A stretch of DNA of 62,305 nucleotides, filler included, from Choristocarpus tenellus KU-1152 (taxonomy: Eukaryota; Protista; Phaeophyceae), in assembly GCA_964200185.2 (NCBI GenBank). It is 10 parts of 10 records of this genome, joined end to end, with 100 filler letters (N's around TTAATTAATTAA, not from the genome) between each part and the next. Parts side by side here need not be neighbours in the genome. Positions count along the whole stretch, not along the records: positions 21,225 to 31,828 come from CAXNAD020002839.1; positions 31,929 to 36,178 come from CAXNAD020015485.1; positions 36,279 to 43,072 come from CAXNAD020007335.1; 7 more parts are not named here. The stretch is one strand, 5' to 3'. Shown in pieces: positions 25,266-36,372 of the stretch; the stretch's first letter is position 1; each line of letters opens with the position of its first letter. The position numbers and the translations under genes are program-made. Below the pieces are notes generated by a model, which had not been told where the DNA came from, did no database searches, and saw only the letters and a program-made list of their open reading frames with translations.

Positions 25266-27949
25266 CTTTCACCTTCACTTGTCTGCCCACATACACACTC
25301 ATGCCAGTGACGTTTATACATGTTTAAAAATACTCAAACATCCGAAAATACCTCCTCCCCAATGCATCCAACGGATTGAGCTGGCTCTAATGGGCCTGTA
25401 ACTCATTGCTATCAGGCCCTCTCTTCTGTTTTGCGTGTCTGCTTGAAATCTCACACCTAGTGTGTTCATGTTGTGTGCTGACCTCAATATCATGTATGTG
25501 CTCACGTCATCTGTGGATGCCTCCAATTCCATAGCATTGGGTCGGTCTTGGCGCCAGCTCTATCTACACTACTTGTACCTGTAATTTGGTCTTGTGTGCC
25601 TGCTTGCTATTTTGACGTTTTTTATATTCTAATCATTTTGTTCTGCAGCTTTTCTATAGCACTGTAAAATAAAAGAATATATGAGCTCTTTTTTGCAGCA
25701 ATGCACTTGAGAGAGTTGCAGAGAGCACTAGGACCTCAATAGTGTCTACTGCGAAATGCTTGATGCCACGCATCATAGAATAAAAAGATATCCATCCCAC
25801 AACTCTGAAGTCACTGCTATTGACTCTCTGTCCCTTGCTTGCAAATGCCACGCTGATTGCCCACCAAATGCTAGATATTGTCACTCCTCTTGCCTCTCTG
25901 TTGTGCTGTAAGAGGACTGGGTATCCCCAGAGGGGCCAATGGTATAATAACACAAAGGGGATTAACTGCTCAACAGTAAGTGATATTCATGTGCATACCT
26001 CTTTTCATTGAGTTCCTCTGTCGCAGATGTCAAGAGGTTGCTAATGCGCTTATGTTCGTTCTCGAGGAAGGCTGCACGTTTACTCTTCTCGCTGGTCTCA
26101 AGCTGGGTGCGAAGGACGAACTTTTTGTGGGCCTGGACATGCATGGTCGTCGAGGGTTGGGGCACATGCGTTGGAGAGGAAAATTTGTAACTGTTAGTAT
26201 CGATGAGGGGTGGGAGGAGAGAGGAATCGGGGTTTGATTCTGTGGTTAATTCAGTGAGAAGAGAGTGAGGGTGGAGAAAGTGGTAAATTACCTAGGTTGT
26301 GATGCTTGCCCACTCTGTTGTGGCTCCATAAGGCTTAGGACGCAAATGTGCTTGTGTGTGTGGTTAATGTGATTGGCAGCATTATAATAATATGTTGCCT
26401 TTAATGCCCATATCTTAGGTGTTTTTGGCTATCACATGCTGAAGATAGTGCAACCATAATTTTTCACATATTTTGAAGTAGTACTACCCAGAACATACAT
26501 TTTCAGTTGCTAGTTCTACTAGTTTTGATAGTGTATTAGAGAGTTCTTGCAACCCACTTAATGATTAAATTTATGATAAGCCTGGATAAATTGGGAGGAC
26601 ACATATCAGTATGTGTTTCAAAACACCTAAATCTTGTACATACATCTCCTATCTGACCTTGTATCACGATGAATATTATGATAAGTAGGTTGGGTGTTAA
26701 CCAATATCGCTTTGACGTCAGAAAAATCTAAATGTCTGAATGTTTGGAGTGATTTATTGTTGTAATTGGGTGACGAGGGAGCTAATGTCTTTTTGAGAAG
26801 AACAGGTGAATGATATATTTTGTGCTGATTGATATTAAAAACTACCATGAGTATCTGAAATCTAGTACAGTCACAAAGGCTCTATTGTGTTCAGTACAAC
26901 TCTCTGCTGTTTTGTAGGTAAATGTACAAATGAGAAGCACTGAACTGCTAACCCCCAAATAATAACTGATAACAACTAATAATAACTGATAATAGCTAAG
27001 TACAGAACTGTACAAAATATGCAGCACTCTAATCTATAAATGAAGCCTGAGCATAACTGCTACTAGTTAGTGCTTTGAAGAGTCGGCTGAATCAGTTTGG
27101 TGTTGAAGAAGAACTTGTCCCCCCTCCCTCCCCCCCCTTCCAATGATAATAATTTCCTGCACAGGACAAGAATAATTAGTTCGTGATGTCCACGAAAGCA
27201 CCTATTCTAGAAACACTCAATGAAAGAAGCAGAGAGCTCTAGCCCGCTCCCCAACTTATTTTATCATCATCCATCAACCATTGTGTCATAAGGTTTCCAG
27301 TCTCTACACAGTCCCTTCATCTGTTCTCGACTATTGCACTCTCATATGAAAATAGTGGCGATGTTTCTTGATACGTGAAAACTACAAAAAGGGCTTAGAA
27401 CTGTAGAATGGCCTTGGGGTCATGGTTAATACAATTCTAGATACTGTTTTTTTTCTATAAGTATTTTTTAATTCTATTTTCTCTTGTTGTATTCATTGCT
27501 TAAGGTTGATTTCACCTTACAGGAATCATTCTATTACCTTGATTAATTGAGGGTGAGGTGTACTCGATCTACTGTTCTAGGAGATGGATGGTGGTATGGC
27601 ATGGTGTTCTAGAGGTCAGATGACTAAATGAAGTTTGGACGCACACCTCAATATGAATTAAGCCAAAACGAAGTCAAGGGCGACCCCTAGTTTCTGATCA
27701 TTGTTTACGTAGGCCTAACTTCCGGAGAAGAAGTACACCAGAAACCTCCCTTAAAATTGAAACCTCCCACCATCTGAAGGCTGTTGGATGGTACATTGAT
27801 CCACCTATTTAACTTGTGCTCACCATGCTTGACAATAAACAAAAAAAAAGTTCCTCTCGGAAGGATGTATAAAAAAGGTCCTAGTCCTCAATATTTATCT
27901 TATTTTGATACACACAGACAGAAAGACATGAGCAAGTGTAGCCCCAAAT

Positions 27950-28128
27950 GACCCAAATTATCTGGGCGGGGGGGGGGGGGTCTACACGAGGGTGTCAATT
28001 TGGGTCATAACCAGGAAGAGTGCACTTTCATTATCCATCCAATGTATGAAATTAAATCACCCAAAAATCGCGACACAAAAAAATGGTACCAAATGGACAG
28101 CCGCCACCCCCCCCAGATACTTTGAGCC
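27950..28128 (+). mobile_element. MITE family A, full copy
   Basis: GACCCAAATTATCTG...CAGATACTTTGAGCC with a 3-bp TSD AAT. Confidence 0.88.
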
Positions 28129-28444
28129 AATGTTGTACGTGAAATGATTTTCTCTATTGCTCTATGGTGAATGGTACAAAATGAGGAACTTGTGAATTGT
28201 GCTTCCACCATGTCTGCCACAGTCAAATTGACATCCTCTGATTAGGAAAAATGTAAAAAAGAGATGCACAAATCCCTATATAAGATCTTGTTATTGTTCA
28301 GGATTCTAAGTATAATGAACTCTTCTTTGTCCCCCTATTATCCTTTACTTCTCTTCATTATACATATACAATACAATTAATTTCGTTACCAAAACACTGT
28401 CTGAACAATTTGCCTGTCTGTCTCTTCCTCTAGGGATCACAATT

Positions 28445-28555
28445 TCTGTCTCTATCTCTACCTCTATATCTACCTCTATCTCCATCTCTACCTCATTCCT
28501 TAACCCTATCTCTATCTCTATCTCTATCTCCATCTCCATCTCAATCTCAATCAAC

Positions 28556-28586
<31 letters not shown>

Positions 28587-28616
28587 CCCCCCTCCATCTC
28601 TATCTCTATCTCTATA
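28445..28616. repeat. (ATCTCT)n and (CT)n compound microsatellite
   Basis: Directly visible. Confidence 0.9.
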
Positions 28617-28844
28617 CCTATGTTGGATGTATCTATATCAGCATAATAAAAAGGAGCATTTTAACAGGCAGGTTGCAAACAAAATAATTCCACCTTCGAC
28701 CATGTTGTAAATTGGCAGGTGGCATAGCGGTGAAGGGTGCTATGCACTTAACCCAAATTGAGCAAGAAATGCCACACATACTGTCAACAGTTTTTTCTTA
28801 GTCATACAGTACTACTGACTAAACTGAAACACTCTTTAAAAACG

Positions 28845-29102
28845 GAGTCAAAGTATCTTAGAGGATAGAGCCGCATCCATTTGGGGGCCAAAATTCAATG
28901 TTGCCATTTTGATGTAATTTTGGCTATCGTGTTTGTTAGGAAGTGTCAATATCCTTGTTTCGGACACACCTTTTCATAACGTACACATTTTACCTACTCT
29001 GAAACGTTTCAGGGTAGGTAAAATGTCATAAAATTCCCGTGGGAAGCCAAGCCCCAAATGGACCAACAGGGCAAACTCGTTCCCTCTAAGATACTTTCAC
29101 TG
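28845..29102 (+). mobile_element. MITE family B (B1), full copy
   Basis: GAGTCAAAGTATCTTAGAGG...CCTCTAAGATACTTTCACTG with a 4-bp TSD AACG and a central 42-bp palindrome. Confidence 0.9.
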
Positions 29103-30458
29103 AACGCTGATCTAGGTCTATATATGTATCTACATCCCAATCCTCACCTCTTCCTTGGTGTGATTAAAGAATAGGTGAAGAAAATGTTGGTCCACAAATA
29201 ACAGTAGCTATAAAAAAATCTAAGCATCTCTTACATTGGGTCACTCCCATTGTATGAGTCTAAGATTCAGTTTTATCACTCTTGATCTTGTCAGCAATCC
29301 TAACAAGATGCTTCCTTCTACCATCATAAGCATGGCCATCATCTATTCTACTTGTGTAATGTTTTCGCTTACATTTGACATTATTATGTCACAATATGTT
29401 CCTGTTTTTTTTGCATATTTTTTTATCTCCATATTTAACTGGACCCCCATTATCCACTGTTCCCTCTTCTTGACTCCAGTATACACCTTTTTTTTAAAAA
29501 TCCTGTATTATCCCTGGGCATTTTCAAACATTCCAAGCTGTCAACATACATCGTTTTGAATAACTTCTTTTGTTTTGGCAGGGTGTTGTACATAGAACAA
29601 TTAGTTAGGAAAATTCTGTGAGATATTCCTTGATGAACTGTTAGGTAATCATTTCTTCCAGAGGAGAAGTGTTTCCTACCGTTTGCCTTTCCAGACAAGA
29701 ACAACAAGAAAATGATAGTAATAAGAGACTTTGGTGCTCATATCTACAGGTGTAGGGAGGGGTGTGCAGTGTGTGGATGAGGGGGATCTCAGAAAAGTCA
29801 CTCTAGAGTGAAACAGTTTTGCTGACCCCACAAGCGAACCCCTTACCGCAGAAGAAATGCTCAGAAACTTCTTCTAGCACATGGAAACTTCTTCTAGCAC
29901 TTGGCAACTTCTTTCAGCGACTCCAGTGGGTGGCGTCTCCCTTCTGCTACCATCCACATTACTAAAAAATATGGACAAAAAATCGTCGGGGCAACGATTT
30001 TGAGGCCAAATCGGAGATTCCCGCCAACCAGATATTGAGAAATCGGTCGATCTTGTAAGGTATACTGTCTGTCACCTTTTAATATACACTGAACTGTAGT
30101 ATATATTACGTACTTTGAAGTAAGTGTTTGATATCATCATCATTCCACTGACACTAATAATATTATATTTTGTAGCTTGTTACCAGCGGCATAGCCTCCT
30201 GAGGAACTTGTGAACATGGCCACCATGACATAGTTTCAATAATATGCAATGGCATCAAAACCAGCATCAATATTGCTGTAGTCTCAGCCCCCCAAGATAT
30301 CTGGAATGGTTTCTTATCTTCAGAGCAACAAGCTTGGAAGCCAGCATCAAAGGTAATGAGGTAAGGGTAGAAATGGACTGGATACTTTGGAGCTTTCTGG
30401 CCAAAACTAGAGGCAATTTTTTTGTATGTTTTGACATTCCACTGACACTACCAGGCTT

Positions 30459-30478
30459 GGGTTAGGGTTAGGGTTAGG
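30459..30478 (+). repeat. Interstitial (TTAGGG)3 telomere-like tract
   Basis: GGGTTAGGGTTAGGGTTAGG. Confidence 0.7.
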
Positions 30479-31718
30479 AAAAAATGACAATTTTGTCTAC
30501 TTGCACTTTCTTATCAAAAAGGTGTGTGAAAAGGACTCACCTCAAGTGCCTCCTTGAGCTCTAGGAAAGAAGACTTGAACTGCTCCTTGACCTCATCCAT
30601 CACAACCTCTAGTCTCTCTAAAACAAATGGCGGACCATCTGTGTCTGGCTTGTCACAAGCCTTGCCTAGGTCCACTAACTCTTGTTCGTCGGCAACAGCC
30701 TGCTCTTCCCTACCGTGGGGTTCATTGATGGCAGATGCAGATACGAGAAGAGGCACTTGGAGTCAATCAAACATGCCTGCCTAATAATATCAACTGTGCC
30801 AGGGAATATCCAGTCATGCCAGCCAAACTTTCTATAATCCTTAGAGTCAGCACCATGTTTCAAGGATAAGATGTGTTATTTCTACTCTTTTTTTTACTAC
30901 TTGAAGTATATATGTTCCAATTTTTTTTGTATCAAGTTTATGACAAGAAGGTGTTGTTCTAAGTATTGATGGTACCGGTTCAGGTGGAACTGAAGTAGCC
31001 AAAGTGAGATTCAATAGTAGGGTCAAAAGCCGAAGATATCTATATATACATATTTATTATATACGTGGATATGGTTTGCAAATAGTAGCCTATCAAGTCC
31101 AAGTGTCGTTTTTTCGGCAATAATGTGCAGTTGTTTGGTATCAGGTACTGAATTACGATAGAAATGCCAATGAGCTTGATTGAAAAGCCTAACATATGCA
31201 AGACATATTTTATGCAAACAGTTCTTGCTTTTTCATTTGTCTAAATTCCTGCCAAGGTGTTGGAAACCTCTTCTTTTGGCTAGTTTCTTCGCACGCTTGT
31301 CCCAAATCATATTTCACACAAGAACAAACACACTGATGACCTACCTGCACGCAGGATAGTGGACTGACTGTGTAACAAAACTTGATGTTTACGCACACAA
31401 CGACAAAGTACAAGAGAGCCACCCAGGTTTTGGCCAACTCGCATCTTAAGCCCGTTTTTCAATCTTTTGCAATTCATCTATCATGATTTATATTTATATT
31501 TCCATGGATGAAGCGCTACGTTTGACTTGAGAGCGTCGATGTTTTTTTTTTTTATTGAAAACGTTTGGGCATAGTTCAGAAAGTGTGATCCTATGTGCGG
31601 TTGTTGAAAATGTGGGTTTTTCCCACCAAACTTAAAATTGTATGCGATCAACCCCACCACAAGAAAGTGAAAGGCTGCCCCGAGAGCACCTCTTTGGCTG
31701 TTTAAAAAAAAAACATGA

Positions 31719-31753
<35 letters not shown>

Positions 31754-32129
31754 TAAAAAGTTTGTTTTTTTTTTATTATATTATATATTTATAATGTGTG
31801 GTAAATAATGTAAAAAAAAAAAAAATAANNNNNNNNNNNNNNNNNNNNNNNNNNNNNNNNNNNNNNNNNNNNTTAATTAATTAANNNNNNNNNNNNNNNN
31901 NNNNNNNNNNNNNNNNNNNNNNNNNNNNCCACAATGATGATACCCAGCCACCCAGCCACCTACCCGACAAGATAGACGAAATTATTTCGTTTTGGGTTCA
32001 TTATAATTGTGTGTCCAGTTGGCGTGTGCTAAAAACCTAAGCGGTGCTCCATCCCACCCCAAGAAAGCAGTCCCTTTGTGATTTCACAACCTCTCCCTCT
32101 ACTCTGCTTGGCAATATAATTGGAAGGAC

Positions 32130-32174
<45 letters not shown>

Positions 32175-33191
32175 TGCACCCCACAATATATTTATTTATT
32201 TTTTTTTNNNNNNNNNNTTTGTTTTTTCCCCCCCCCCCCCCCCTCCCTCTTTGTCAAAATAATTTAAGAGACCCCCCCCCCCCCCCCCCGGCTAACCTCC
32301 CCTTCTATCCTTGTTAGCAACTCAATATATTAATGTATATATTAATGTATATATACACATTGTACTCTCGGGTGAATATATCCCCAAATCCCCAAAATTA
32401 GTTAGCAAGGGAAGGGGGAAGCACTGACATTAATAGAAACCGATGTCTGTAGACCCTGAGAAAGGTTTTCATACGTACATTATTGGTGTTGGTATTGTAT
32501 TTGCCTTCTTCTACTTGTCTGATCTGACACCATGTGCGCTCACCCTCAATAAACTAATGAAGTATATACTGCAAGCCCACCAGGAGAAAGTCTTGCAGTG
32601 GTAGACCAAATGTGGTTGCAGTGTCTACATCTCCATAGTTCATTGCAAGTAAACAAGTACTGCTATCGTGTTAGGTAAAGAAGATTAAGATTAAGATTAA
32701 GCTCCTTGTGACCTTTTCACACTTCCAATGCCTTCCTCTGTTAAATCTCACATTTCTTTGTAACATATTCCGAACACACCATAGCCTTAACACTTTCTTG
32801 TTTGATTTGTTTCCATTGGACTTGTCTTGAATGTTCTTGAATGTTGTATAAAAAATACTAATGCAGTCTTGAGCAACACATGTATCTCAGGATTCCCTGT
32901 TGTTTGGTGGTGGTGGTGGTGTTGGTGGTGTTGTTGTTAAGTGGAAAGCTAGCATATCCAATACCAATCTGAAGAGGGCATATCCAATACGATAAAACCG
33001 TTGTGACAAATTCTTGCTGTGACCCTAACCCTGACCCCAAGCCAAATTATTTTTTGGGTGATGAAGCAACCGTATGGTTGATTAATGTGTTTGGACCTCT
33101 TGGCGTATTTTTAATCTTTGAAGAACCCAAGATAATCCACCCCCACCCACCTCTTCACTCCTCCACCATCCTTCCAAACTACACCCATAAG

Positions 33192-36178
33192 GACTTGGTC
33201 CCACCACCAGTATCAACGGTCATCCCTGGGATGAGGGACTCAGCAACACTCTTGGCATCCCTTATGGAATCAGAGAATGCAAGGAGGAAGGCAGGGTTGG
33301 TGGGGAAGACGGAGGATGTACCTGGGCCCAGTATTGATAGGTTGGCTTTGAGACGTGCACAGAGGATAAACGCCAGAACTACCACTGCTGCTGCTACTGT
33401 GGGGAAGGATGAGGGACAGGTTGGAGGGGATGGTCGGGTGGAGGGGGAGCAGGAGGGGCTCAAGCCCATCACGAGGTGAGGGGATTGTTCTCTTCCCATT
33501 GGGACAAGGAGCTTGTGTGAAGGTTGTGTTCTTTGTGATCTATCCTCCCACATGTGAGGAGGAGGACTGGACTACTCAAGAGCACTAGTTCTATCATTGA
33601 TAACATTGGTGTGCTTTTTTATGTACAACAGTATAGTACATACACATATCTTCATCCTCCCACTAGAGACGATTCCGTTCCAAATCTTCCATCTCACCCA
33701 TGCCGTTTGATGTTCCTACCCCATGGTGTCTGATGATTGCAGCCATTGTGAGGGGAGCCCGGAGGAGGATGTGGGTGGGGATGAGGCTACCTTGGTCGAG
33801 GTGAGGACCATTAAGAAGCCCCAGACAGAAGTAGTACAACCTAGAAATGCAACACTACATATTTTTGAAGTCTTCTGCTGCACAAAATGTCTCATCCTGT
33901 GCTCAAGAATCAAAATCAAAAACGAGACCATATCCTGGTTGAGGCCACTTGTGTTTCCTTGTGCTCTTGGCTATGTGGCATGAATGAAGGCATATGAGAT
34001 GTGTTGTGATGTGTTTTCTGCTTCTTTCTCCGTTGGGTCAGGTAGAGGGCTCCACCTTGAGCATGGTAGTAGTATTTGTAGCACAGGTTAGATCCTGATG
34101 TTATGAAGGCTATTGGTTGTCATGCTTGGTAAAGTGTTTCCCTGCAGCACCACCTATAACCCGAGAGCTAAGGCCCTACCCAAGGGAATATGGCTTTTGT
34201 GTTGTGTCATTGATAGTCTGTGGGCAGGATGGTAATCCCAAGTTCAGGCACAGTGAGACCGGAGTTGGGGGAGGTGGGGGCTTCTGGCCTTCAGTTGAAA
34301 TTTGATCCAATAGCTGCGACTACTGTGGCTTAGAGCTACATTTCATATTATATGGAATGTATTGAAATTGGAAGGTGTATCTTTTTCTAGTGAGATATAC
34401 TCAGTATGGAGTAGTCTGTAGTAGGTACTGTTCATGAGAATATGGTGTGAGTGGGGTGTTATGTATAGAGTGTGATGGAGGCATGCGTGGGAAGGAGGAA
34501 AAGGAGACCACATCAAAGTGATTTGAGTTTTTTTTTTTATAAAGTGTTTTCTGTTTTGTTGTATATAATGATGCAATATTTTCTTGTACTTTGCATTTCT
34601 CCTGATCCTATCCCCAACCCTACTGGCAAAATCTGATATATATACATATATATATATATACATATATACTAGTCTTAAAATATCAAGTAGTAGCGTGACT
34701 ATAACAGGTGATCCTCCTTTCTGTGTGTGTGTTTTACTTCACTTCAAGTTGATTCCTTGTATGGTACTGTATATGGTACTATGTATGGTACTGTGGCTGA
34801 TTCTTTGACTTGTTGGTATGTGTTTTTTGCTACTCCACCATCTTGTCTTATCTTTTGCATTGATGATGATTGTGCGGTTTCTCTGTCAGGAGGAGAAGCA
34901 GGCCACAGAGAAGGGGAGAGGGAGGCCAAGGCAACGGCAGAGGCTTTGAGGCTGAAGAGATGAGGGCGTGTAGATATTTGTGTATGGTGTTATGTCTATC
35001 TCCATACACATTATATGACATAACAATATATTTTTTCATGCATGCCTACAACCCTAAGCTTGAATAGTTGTATGTATGTTTCTATTTTTTTATCTTACGT
35101 GTTTGTGGCATCTTACTCATCCAGGGAAGAGGAAGAGGAAGAGACCCTAAGGGCTCAGACTGAGGAGGAGAACCGATTGTGGGCCATCTAGTCTGAAGAT
35201 GAAGCCAGGGCAATGATGGCACTGGAAGAAGCGAGGTCCAGGTAAGACACCTTGATTTCAATTGTATGCTGTAAGATTGTGTTGCTTACCAATTGGAATC
35301 AAGGAAGAGTGCAGAATAATCCTAAGCCTCAGGTTCTCCTCTCTACATGCCCCCCTTCCCCCCCAAATATGTCAATTTGTTTGTGCTTGTGTGTGTGTAT
35401 AACAGGGCAGCGCAGGAGAGGGTAGCAAGGCTTGTGGAGGTGACAAGGGGAGCGGTGAGTGTTTGTTGGGAGGAAAAGAGACAAAGTGAAAAGGGTTGTG
35501 TAATGGAACCAATCAAGACGTTATTTTTTCCGATACTAATATCACAAGTTTATTTTGTTATTACTCTGCATTTATTTGGGACTCCTAGCAATACATATGT
35601 ATCATCTGACCTGTGCATTATACCCAGGGTTCTTTTGAAGGCTAAGGGTGAGAGGGTGCGGCAGGTGGGTTGTATTGGGTGTTTAGGGAGTAGAGGGGGG
35701 ACTGCATTGCACTGGACCTTACATGGGTTGGCCTACTGCAGTGCCTCTTTCAACCCCCTCCCCCTCCTTTGCTATGCTTCACCTGCTGACTCTAGATATC
35801 TGTTGCAGTAGTGGTAGCTGGTTGGTTATCCCTTCACATTGGCAAGTGAAAGGGATTTAAGTGTAAAGGGATGTTCATGGATCAAGCCCTTTGGAAAAGG
35901 AGACCATACCCTCCGAGCCTCCTTCACTGGCTAACACACAACTTATCTATTCTCCAGGATGACCACAACCTTGGGAGGGATGGGTTGAATGGTTATGTGT
36001 GTAGCGGCAACGGCACCCCTGATTCAAATATTGGTCTTGGCCTTGGATTGGGGCACAGTGATGATGCTACAGGGACAGAAAGGGTGGTAGAGAGGAGGAT
36101 GAGATTGGATGATCACCATGACCTATCCACCACACGACAGAATGTAGGGGGGGAGGGGGGATCCAGTGAAGAAGAGGT
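33192..36178 (+). pseudogene. Decayed multi-exon gene, acidic/charged low-complexity protein
   Basis: Exons with canonical borders at about 33192-33474, 33667-33800, 34890-34965, 35125-35241 and 35958-36178. EEENRLWAI*SEDEARA has an in-frame TAG, and frameshifts occur near 33720 and 34912. Confidence 0.55.
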
Positions 36179-36372
36179 NNNNNNNNNNNNNNNNNNNNNN
36201 NNNNNNNNNNNNNNNNNNNNNNTTAATTAATTAANNNNNNNNNNNNNNNNNNNNNNNNNNNNNNNNNNNNNNNNNNNNTTCCACATCATCGTTGACCCCC
36301 CTTTCATGTCCACCTCGAACTATCCGTACTACCCCCCCCCCCCTGTGATGTTCCCACTGATCCCTGTCCAAG

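Larger units (their letters stand above)
21531..30760 (-). pseudogene. Decayed multi-exon coiled-coil protein gene
   Basis: Exons include KKVDELEETLEKAEAALEELQRMEAQR (about 21531-21640), SLSLAQAKWELGEQSATMQHLKQTLE, MESDLQSSRESFSDLQSRLDAAIQEAE, RTQLETSEKSKRAAFLENEHKR and LERLEVVMDEVKEQFKSSFLELKEALE|GTGAGT. In-frame stops (KIEA*IM, YK*CR*SW) and a probable frameshift near 21910 are present. Confidence 0.6.

Noticed and set aside
31690-32290. Long poly-T, poly-A and poly-C tracts as functional elements
   Set aside because: They sit at contig edges or beside an internal N gap and look like low-quality consensus.
21531-35241. Alternative genetic code (TAG=Gln or TGA=Trp/Arg)
   Set aside because: The intact genes have no internal stops and end in TAG, TAA and TGA. 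The stop-containing genes also carry frameshifts and several stop types.
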